Shown piece by piece: positions 56,103-64,000 of a DNA stretch of 64,000 nt; within the stretch, counting starts at the first letter, position 1, and every line of letters begins with the position of its first letter. Source of the stretch: Candidatus Ozemobacteraceae bacterium (GTDB lineage: Bacteria; Muiribacteriota; Ozemobacteria; Ozemobacterales; Ozemobacteraceae); contig OZ223236.1 in the NCBI GenBank assembly GCA_965140445.1, positions 2,688,001 to 2,752,000 of the forward strand, given 5' to 3'. The notes below the pieces were generated by a model. It worked only from the letters and a program-made list of their open reading frames with translations. It was not told the DNA's origin and made no database searches. The position numbers were made by a program, and so were the translations under genes.

Positions 56103-58754
56103 GTGAATAAAAAAGGTAACGTTTTTCTTGCAATCATAGGAATTCTTTCTGTATTAGGAATTATGGCTGTTTTTTTTATGAACAGCACTGTTCAGGAAAA
56201 GCATCAAACAGAAAGATCACATGTTTCCACTGAAGCTCAGTGCTTGGCTGAAGCGGCACTTGAAAGAGCTCTGGGTATTTTACAAAAAGAGCTAAATGAA
56301 ACAGAAAAGTTTAAAGATGCCAATCATATTGCTTGCTGGCTTCGCTCTCCGATGAACGTTAAGGGTGCAGCAGGTTTCTCTTCAGGAATTGGCGAAGATC
56401 AGGAGCTTGACTCGGCTGCATATTCCAAAAAGATTGTGTTGAAGAAAGAGGACCTGGAAGCTGGTGATTACGGAAATGACTTGACCAGGCTGGTTGCCTT
56501 TATGGCGGGAGAAAAAGCTACTTTTGAAGTCGAAGTTTCTATTGAACTGGACAAAGCTTTTTCGGTTTCCCCTGATTCGGCTGATGGAGATTATGCTGTT
56601 CCTGGAGTTGATATTCCATGGAATTGCCATTCAGGCGTGAAAGAATTTTTCAGCAATGAAGGCTTTGTTGCTTTGACACTTTCACTGCCACAAAGTTTTG
56701 AATGGCTTTCTTTTAAGATCGATAATATGTTTTTCTCGATTGACGTGGCTGCTCTTCTTGATCAATTTGCAAAATGGTGTGGATTCGATGCAATGTCAGC
56801 TGTGTTGGAGTGGAGAAAAATTGATACTCTACTAAAAAATGTCCTCCCAGATAGTATTTACCCATACGAAATTGATATGGCCAAAGATATTTTTCCAAAT
56901 TTGTCTGATAAAACAGCGCTTTCAATGCCAACAGCTATTGATAAGGATAAGCGAATGGAAAAGTATGGGATGCTAAAAATTGAATCAAAAGGTACCATCA
57001 TTTTTCCTGGTCAAAATAGAGTCACAAAAACAATTTTTGCCACTAAAGAATTTAAGTGCGCTGATGTGGAACCAATTGCGCCAATGTATAGCCTTTTCAT
57101 CGCAAACTTGCATAATGAAAGGCTTGTTTTAAATGATATTGGCGGAGATTTAACTGTAAATAATTTCCGAAGCTTCAGCTCAATTACCTCTGATCCAGCA
57201 GACCCGGAAAAAAGAGAATTTCCTGGACTGGTGAGAGTTAATGGAACAAGCGACATGCCTGTAAATGTTGCTTTTATTGGTAATCCGGCTGGGCCTAAGA
57301 ACTATGAAAATGATTCCGGAATAAAAAGGACTGCGCGAGGAGCTGAATGGCTCTTGATCCTAAGCTCTGGCGTTAAAGGCGTAGGAAAAACTAAGGAATT
57401 TCAGAAAAATTTTACTACCAAACCAATAGCATATGTTCCCCCAAACACCTCGGTTCCTCCAAGTGCTCAGGGTGCTCCTTCTGGTGGTTCCTCTGCGCCT
57501 CCTCCGACTCCAGACGGTCCTCCGCAGGCAAATCCCAATGATTCAACTCAACCATCTGATTCAAATGATGGTAAAGCTTCTATGAAAGATAAGCTTAACA
57601 GCATAATGAATGTTGCTAAGATTAACATTATTCCTAACAAATTAGACTTTGGTGTGAGTCCTTTCGAAATGCCGTTGCATTTTATGGCTGATAACTTTTC
57701 AATTGGGGGACTTCGCTTTAAGGATCCTATGGTGAAATGGGAATGGCCAATGATGGGGATGGGCTGGAGTCAGCTGCGCGTTCCTTTCCCAACTCCAGCA
57801 CGAACAGTAACTCACTTTTTTGGTGATTCTGCTTTGTTTCCAACCCTTACAAGAGAAGTTGAAGGCTTCGTCCTTAAGTGCTATCGCCAGTGGCACTTCT
57901 GTTTGTTGGGTTTTCCAATGGGTCCAATTCCACTAGGGAATCAGGTTCCTGCTCCTTTTCCTCCGCCATTCTCTCTCTTACCACCTTTCCCAACGCCTTA
58001 CTGGCATACTCATGATATTCAGGATAAATACGGCTATAATTTTGGGGCTTTAAAATCACCCAAAAATAATGCAGGTGTGGTAGACGAGGAGACGAACGTT
58101 TATGACCCAAGCTTTTTTGAAAACAGCCCTCCAAATCTATATTCCTCAGAACAGTATGTAAAAAAATCGGCTTATTATTATCCAACGGCCAATGATTTTT
58201 ATGATGATATTCTTAATAGAGCTAAAGATGTAAACGGGAAAAAGTGTTTAAACTTAAATGGGTTTACATATGTCGCTGATTCCATTATTCTTCCACCTCC
58301 TGTTGCTATTGACGGGATGAGTTCGGATGTTTTTTATGTAACAGGACGAGGCGGCATTGTTTGCGGCGGAAATGTTATTTTAAAAGGAAATGTGGAAGAC
58401 CCATATTCAGACACCGAAGAAAGAGCTGCCAACACCCCAAGAACCGTATTCTCGTTAATTGTAAGAAGCGGCGGGGTTATTTTGGATGATGGACCTGAGA
58501 ATATTAAGCTTGAAGGTTCATTATTTACCGATAAAGGAATGGCCATTCCTGGTGGCAAATCTCTAAATGTTGTAGGAAACTGGGTAACCAATGCTTTCAG
58601 TAAAATTGCAATACAAGGGGATTTGAGAATCGATCATGTGGGGTATAAAACAAGAAATTCAATGACTTCTATCAACCCTGATTATGGTGTTTATGATCCT
58701 GAAAGATATGTTGTATCTCTTGCTCCTGGTTACTCAAGTATAAGGATTAAGTAG
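56103..58754 (+). CDS. Large PilX/GspK-like minor pilin
   Basis: Class III-like signal KKG|NVFLAIIGIL without Glu5, A..LAEAA helix; GTG 56103 after GAGGGGGG. Confidence 0.65.
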   Translation: MNKKGNVFLAIIGILSVLGIMAVFFMNSTVQEKHQTERSHVSTEAQCLAEAALERALGILQKELNETEKFKDANHIACWLRSPMNVKGAAGFSSGIGEDQELDSAAYSKKIVLKKEDLEAGDYGNDLTRLVAFMAGEKATFEVEVSIELDKAFSVSPDSADGDYAVPGVDIPWNCHSGVKEFFSNEGFVALTLSLPQSFEWLSFKIDNMFFSIDVAALLDQFAKWCGFDAMSAVLEWRKIDTLLKNVLPDSIYPYEIDMAKDIFPNLSDKTALSMPTAIDKDKRMEKYGMLKIESKGTIIFPGQNRVTKTIFATKEFKCADVEPIAPMYSLFIANLHNERLVLNDIGGDLTVNNFRSFSSITSDPADPEKREFPGLVRVNGTSDMPVNVAFIGNPAGPKNYENDSGIKRTARGAEWLLILSSGVKGVGKTKEFQKNFTTKPIAYVPPNTSVPPSAQGAPSGGSSAPPPTPDGPPQANPNDSTQPSDSNDGKASMKDKLNSIMNVAKINIIPNKLDFGVSPFEMPLHFMADNFSIGGLRFKDPMVKWEWPMMGMGWSQLRVPFPTPARTVTHFFGDSALFPTLTREVEGFVLKCYRQWHFCLLGFPMGPIPLGNQVPAPFPPPFSLLPPFPTPYWHTHDIQDKYGYNFGALKSPKNNAGVVDEETNVYDPSFFENSPPNLYSSEQYVKKSAYYYPTANDFYDDILNRAKDVNGKKCLNLNGFTYVADSIILPPPVAIDGMSSDVFYVTGRGGIVCGGNVILKGNVEDPYSDTEERAANTPRTVFSLIVRSGGVILDDGPENIKLEGSLFTDKGMAIPGGKSLNVVGNWVTNAFSKIAIQGDLRIDHVGYKTRNSMTSINPDYGVYDPERYVVSLAPGYSSIRIK

Positions 58755-58755
58755 A

Positions 58756-59235
58756 ATGAAAATCAGATCAAAAAGTGGTTTAACAATGCTTGAAATAGTT
58801 ATTGGACTATTTGTTGTTGCAGTAGCTTTCATACCATTATTTAGAGTGATGCAATTTGGCGGAAAGTCTACGGTAAAGATAAATAACTACTCAAAAGTTG
58901 CAAGATTGGCTCAAAAGCTGATTGAAGAGTGCAAACATGTGCCTTTTAAAGTTTATCTGCAGGATTACGGCGAGATGGCCGCGGCTGATACTTTTGTAGT
59001 GAATCAGAACTACTATCCAAAAACTCTTGAAGCGATTGAGGCATTTAGAAGTGAAGTTAAGTCATTAAATATCGAAACGCAAATTTCGGTAAAGAAGACT
59101 CCTGATAATAGGGTTAGCGAAGTTTGGATTCAAGTGAAAGCTACCTGGAAAGAAGGCGACGGCAGCACTCAGGGTGATAAGGTGCGCGAGATTAGACTTG
59201 GGAATGCTATCGTAAATCCAGATTGTTATATGTAG
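58756..59235 (+). CDS. Prepilin-type minor pilin (PilV/GspI-like)
   Basis: KSG|LTMLEIVIGL methylation motif; terminal I.V...W strand pattern. Confidence 0.85.
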   Translation: MKIRSKSGLTMLEIVIGLFVVAVAFIPLFRVMQFGGKSTVKINNYSKVARLAQKLIEECKHVPFKVYLQDYGEMAAADTFVVNQNYYPKTLEAIEAFRSEVKSLNIETQISVKKTPDNRVSEVWIQVKATWKEGDGSTQGDKVREIRLGNAIVNPDCYM

Positions 59236-59249
59236 GCAAGGGGGAAAAT

Positions 59250-60710
59250 ATGCGCAGATCAAGATACGCAATGACTTTAATTGAGGTTATGGTTGGTGTC
59301 TTTCTTTCAAGTCTGGTTTTGGGGGCAGGATACCAGATTTTTAATACATCTCAGCGGAAGATGTCTAAAGCCGCTACTCGTCAATCTCTTGCCAACGAAA
59401 TCCGCAATAGTATAAAGGTCCTTGCACAGGATATTAAAGCAATAAAAATGGATAGCCTTGTGGTAACTCCCTCTGCATCTGGCAATTCAGCTAAAATTGA
59501 ATTTAAGCGCTATCAGGTTTTTGAAGGGGCTGACGAAAGCCAGTTGGCTTTTGATCGGGTAAATGAAGTAACCTATGAATTTAATAAGCCTTTTCTAGTA
59601 AGAAAAGTTACTGGAGGAAAGACTAGAACTCTAGCTAAAAATGTTGAATCTCTATCTTTTTCACGCTTGGAAGAGGCACCTGAAAGAGTTCCTGGAAGTC
59701 CAGTCAGCTATGATGAAGGCTGGAAAGCAAGAATGGATATTGAACTTTCTGGAACCAGAAATATTCCTGGAAGTAAAGAGGTGGCAAGCCATACAGAGCG
59801 TGTTTCTGTTTTTATGCTTGAAGAGTATTACAAACTAATCAACAAGGGAAGATATCTTTCAATTTCTCAGCTGGTTAAAGATGATGGCGCAAAGATAGAT
59901 GCAGAAGAATTTTCACTGGATTCAATGTTTTCAACTGATCTGGATCCGGATGAGCTTGCAAAGCTAACTGAAGAGCAGTTAAGAAATCTAAAAGATAAGG
60001 AAGACGCTGGGCTAACCGAAGCAAATACAAGGCTGGATGAAATTGATGAATTAATGGGCGCGGTTGACGCTAGCGGAGATAGAACCTGGTATACCCTTTG
60101 GATTGGCAAAGAAAGCACCCCGGTTTCCAAAATTCAGGATGATTTAAAGAAACATAATAAAGTTGAAGACCTGGAAAAAGATTTGACGGCGTTAGAAAAA
60201 ATTATTGGCGATTATGAAGAAGAAAATATGAGAGAATCATTTTCTGGAGTAAATCTTGATGGAATAAGTAAAGATAGCCAGGAATATAAAGACCTTCAGG
60301 AAGCATACGATACAATGATCAGAGATCGAACCATGAGAAGAGCTCATGAGCTTGGTCAGGAAGACCTGCCTGACGATCAGAAAACAGAGTATGTCAGTGT
60401 TATCGACACTTTCAATCCGGCTTCGTTGTCTCAAGGACAGACTACTGATGCCGATGGTAATTCCGTAAGTTTTGAAGAATCAAATGAAGAGTTTCAAGCC
60501 AGACGCGAAAAGGCTCAAACTCTTTATGAGAATACCCAAAAAGTAAACCTTGGTTGGATGGATGCAAAAGAAGGTGAAGATAGGGTTAAGCTATATAGCG
60601 CGGCAAAGGACTTAAAAGACTTTGCAGAAAGTAAAATAAACTATACAAAATCTAAGAACTCTCACGAAAAAAACATCGGCCTTATTGACGATGCCTTGGA
60701 TAAGGTCTAA
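59250..60710 (+). CDS. Prepilin-type minor pilin (PilW/GspJ-like) with long acidic helical extension
   Basis: RRSRYA|MTLIEVMVG, L..DI..; ATG 59250 after GGGGG. Confidence 0.8.
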   Translation: MRRSRYAMTLIEVMVGVFLSSLVLGAGYQIFNTSQRKMSKAATRQSLANEIRNSIKVLAQDIKAIKMDSLVVTPSASGNSAKIEFKRYQVFEGADESQLAFDRVNEVTYEFNKPFLVRKVTGGKTRTLAKNVESLSFSRLEEAPERVPGSPVSYDEGWKARMDIELSGTRNIPGSKEVASHTERVSVFMLEEYYKLINKGRYLSISQLVKDDGAKIDAEEFSLDSMFSTDLDPDELAKLTEEQLRNLKDKEDAGLTEANTRLDEIDELMGAVDASGDRTWYTLWIGKESTPVSKIQDDLKKHNKVEDLEKDLTALEKIIGDYEEENMRESFSGVNLDGISKDSQEYKDLQEAYDTMIRDRTMRRAHELGQEDLPDDQKTEYVSVIDTFNPASLSQGQTTDADGNSVSFEESNEEFQARREKAQTLYENTQKVNLGWMDAKEGEDRVKLYSAAKDLKDFAESKINYTKSKNSHEKNIGLIDDALDKV

Positions 60711-60734
60711 TAAAAATTTCTGGTTTATGAGTTA

Positions 60735-63700
60735 ATGCAAAAAACACTACACTTTTTTAAGATATTTTTTTATTTTTTGGCTTTTGCAATCTTTGCAATT
60801 GGCTGTGGGTCGGGCGATGGCGGAATCGACGACTGGACAACTCCTGCTCCGGTTACAGTGGTTTCAAACATTCAGGGAAAAGTTGCATTGCCTGTTTCTG
60901 GCTCAGTAAGAGACAACTTGCAATTAATGAATTCTGTTCAGGGCACCAAGGTTTTTTTAGAAGAAAAACCTGAATTTTATGCAACTGCTGATTCCTCAGG
61001 CAACTTTATAATTAATAAAGTTCCGGTTGGCAAATATCATCTCATTGCAGACATAGTAGTTGGTCCAACAACCTACCGTCAAAGAACAGACCAGGTAAAT
61101 TTGACTGGCGAATTTGAAACTCAAACGATTGGCACGCCCATGCAGCTTGTTTCAGCTCCTTATAAAGTGAAGCTTTATGTTAAAAACAATGCTAATGGCA
61201 ACCCGATACCAGGAGCCAGCTTAAAGGTTTGGGGGCACAAATACTTTACTAGAGCTGATGGCGCAGTAGAGATTGGGCCAATGCCAGATGGAGTATGGCC
61301 TGTTAAACTTGAGGCGATTGGCTATATTAGCTCTAGTTTATTAATCGGATTTAAGGAGTTAAGAAAGTCAGAACTTGAGATAAAAGTTACTCCTTTGGGT
61401 TCTGCAGACAGAAATCAGGCTCCAACAATAGAGATTGAACAGGGATTTAAGACAATAAAGGCTAATGAGCAGGGAAGTCTTTCCGCGTTTGGTTTTGACC
61501 CGGATGGAGATTTAATAACCTATACCTGGTCCGCAACAGCTGGAACCTTCCAGCAAAATAGCGGAGCATCAAATGTGTATCAGGCACCAAACGCCTCTGG
61601 AAGCGTGAAAATTACTTTGAAAGGTTCCGATGGAAAGGGTGGAGAAGGGGTTTCAATTTTAACTTTGGATGTTATAGACGGCGGACTTCTTCCACCAAAT
61701 CCAAATAATAAGCCGCCTTTGGCCCCATCGAATCCATTCCCAGCCAACTCTGTTGCCAGTATGGGCACAGACATTACTTTGCGTTGGACCTGTAGCGATC
61801 CTGATGGGGATAACCTTACTTATGATGTTTTTCTTGCCGCTAGAGGACAGGAAATGCAGCTGGTGGCTTCCAATATCAGTAATAATTACTATCGCGTGCC
61901 CCAACTTACTGTTAACACTACCTATTTCTGGAAAATTATAGCTCGAGATACTTATGGAGCCATTTCTAATGCTGCTCAAACGTGGCAATTTGAAACCGGG
62001 GATCAGGATAACTTCTCGCCATATGCACCCGCAAATCCGGTCCCTCCAGATTTATCGGTAGATCAATTGCCAACTTTGGTATTTGCCTGGACAGGAGGAG
62101 ACCCCGATTCCCAGGATATAGTAAACTACACTGTTTATCTTGGCTCTGATTCAAATGTTCTTAATATTGCTACTAATACAAGAAAAACGACTTATGCCGC
62201 AGAAGGTCTAACTCTAGGTCGTACATACTATTGGAAAATTGTGGCTTCAGATGATAGAGGTAAAGAAACTTCAAGTCCACTGTGGCGGTTTAGTACTTAT
62301 TCTCCACCTAATAGTCCACCTGATAATCCTTCCGCTCTTTATCCTGCCAGCGGAGCAACTGATGTCTCGATAGATGTTCAGGTTCGTTGGACTAGCTCTG
62401 ATCCTGATGGTGATAGTATTACTTATGACCTGTTTCTGGGAAAAACCTTTCCTTTAGCCAAAGTGGGGACAGGATTAAATGCACCAACTTATAACCCTTC
62501 GCCTTATTTTGAAAATTCAACCAGATATTTTTGGCAGGTAATTGCCAGGGATTCTTCTGGAAGAACAAATCAGGATTCAGTCGTATGGTCATTCATTACA
62601 TCAGATAAAGTAAATCTTGCTCCAAATGTGCCTTCGGCTATTAATCCGCCAGATAACTCTGCAAACATTAATCTTCAAACAGTCTTTCAATGGGAAGGAA
62701 GTGATCCTGATGGAGATCAGGTTCTTTTCGATATTTATCTGGATACTGTTTCCCCTCCGACGACCTTAAAAGCTTCAAACCTTTCGGAAAAGCGCTGGGC
62801 AAATCCTGTTAATCTAACTGAGGGAGCGAGGTATTTCTGGAAAGTTGTCGCAAAAGACTCCGCCGGGCATGAGACTTCTTCTCCAGTATTCAGCTTTTAT
62901 GCTTTGGCCAGCTCTGATTTACTGCCGCCAAAAGTTTTGAGCATTTTTCCTGAAAACAATGCCATGGAGTTACCAACCAATACCGAAGTTAAGGTTACAT
63001 TTAATGAGGCGGTTGATCAAAATACAGCTTCAGCTGCTTTATCTTTTATACCATCTGAGTCAGGCACCTGGACCTGGGAGAATTCAACGACTGTTAAGTT
63101 TTGGCCAACTACAACCTGGATTCCTGGTAGCTACCACAGGCTAATTATTGCTTCAAATACTGTTAGAGATTTAAGTAATAATGTTATGACAAATGGAATG
63201 GATTATAGTTTTACGATTAAGCCGGAGCTTCCGTTGCCAAACGGTTATCGTTCTGCGGGATTTCCATACGCATTTACCTCTGGGCAAAGCCCATCTGTAA
63301 GTATCCCAGGAATACCTCTTGGGCAAGAGTTAACAGCAGTTGCTGTTGCTACAGAAAATTCGCTTAATTTAACAATTAAAGCCAATTCACTATTAGATAT
63401 TAAAAAACTTGATCCAGCCTCAGCGTTCAGGGAATTTGAAAAGAATCTCAACAGTAAAAAGCTGCCGGATATTATGAAAAATAGTGCTCTTAGGGCGCAG
63501 ATATTGCCAAATTTTTCCAAACAGCTTGGAGATGAAAGAGAATTTTACATTCCCGCCTATGGTGGAGTTGCAACCTCAACTGCCTACCCAAAAAATAAGA
63601 TTACTGCGGTTTGCTTAGGCCTAACTGACAACGTCTATATTTTTGTGGACAAGGCTATTACCAATCCGGACTATACATTTTTATCTGAAGTAAGAAAGCG

Positions 63701-64000
63701 TTTTGAAGAGGGGATTCAACCAAAGTTCGTGATGTTTTTGGAAATGAACCCTCTGTTGGTCCTGATGGGGACGGAAGATTGTCTATTCTGATTACCGACG
63801 CAATGGCAAGTGGAATTGCTGGTATCTTTTATGGGGTTGACCTCTTTGCAAATGATCCAACAGATTTCCAACTGCGAGAGAGCAATGAAACAAAAGTTTT
63901 TTATCTGACCTACACTTTACCAAGTGACATAACCAGATATGGGACTATGGCCCACGAGTTTCAGCACATGGTGAATTTTTGGCAGAAAAGAACAAATGCT
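60735..64000 (+). CDS. Large lipoprotein (prealbumin-like, Ig/PKD, 4 FN3-like, Big_5 domains) with C-terminal HEXXH metallopeptidase; frameshifted near 63722 and running off the window
   Basis: Lipobox IGC; DPDGD repeats; the -1 frame continues as VRDVFGNEP...AHEFQHMVN. Confidence 0.8.
61707..62903 (+). repeat. Four tandem ~100-aa FN3-like protein repeats
   Basis: N.PP..P..P...W..SDPDGD...Y..Y/FL...YFW...A.D..G...W.F recurs four times. Confidence 0.85.

Noticed and set aside
61707..62903. Recurring GATCCTGATGG-like DNA words as a CRISPR or DNA repeat array
   Set aside because: They encode the DPDG motif of ~100-aa protein repeats and vary at synonymous sites
1..64000. rRNA, tRNA, CRISPR array, prophage or IS element
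   Set aside because: No such signatures seen; coding density is high and intergenic gaps are short. A covariance-model scan could still find small RNAs I cannot detect by eye

Overview
A 64-kb, AT-rich stretch of bacterial chromosome using the standard code (TGA is a normal stop, with ATGA overlaps). It probably comes from a diderm anaerobe; the gene families suggest a poorly studied lineage such as Ca. Riflebacteria, but that is only an impression. I found no rRNA, tRNA, CRISPR array, integrase or transposase. Main contents: a peptide ABC transporter operon, a GH31 glycosidase, an HDOD protein, a GLIC-like pentameric ligand-gated ion channel next to a BtpA-family gene, MscS, several GNATs, a persulfide/sulfur-handling cluster, a receiver/PPDK-like protein near gdhA, a heat-shock operon (groES-groEL-groES-groEL-hrcA-grpE-dnaK-dnaJ) behind one perfect CIRCE, and a minor-pilin (K/I/J-like) cluster followed by a frameshifted Ig/FN3-repeat metallopeptidase lipoprotein. 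Most notable observations: a DnaK whose ATPase domain carries archaeal-type motifs while its substrate-binding domain looks bacterial; two intact ORFs lacking their catalytic residues (GH13 and L,D-transpeptidase); a possible phosphorelay with no histidine kinase (REC + ATP-grasp + His swivel); a perfect hairpin hiding a ribosome-binding site; and two genes broken by single lesions. Family calls come from motif recognition, not database searches.
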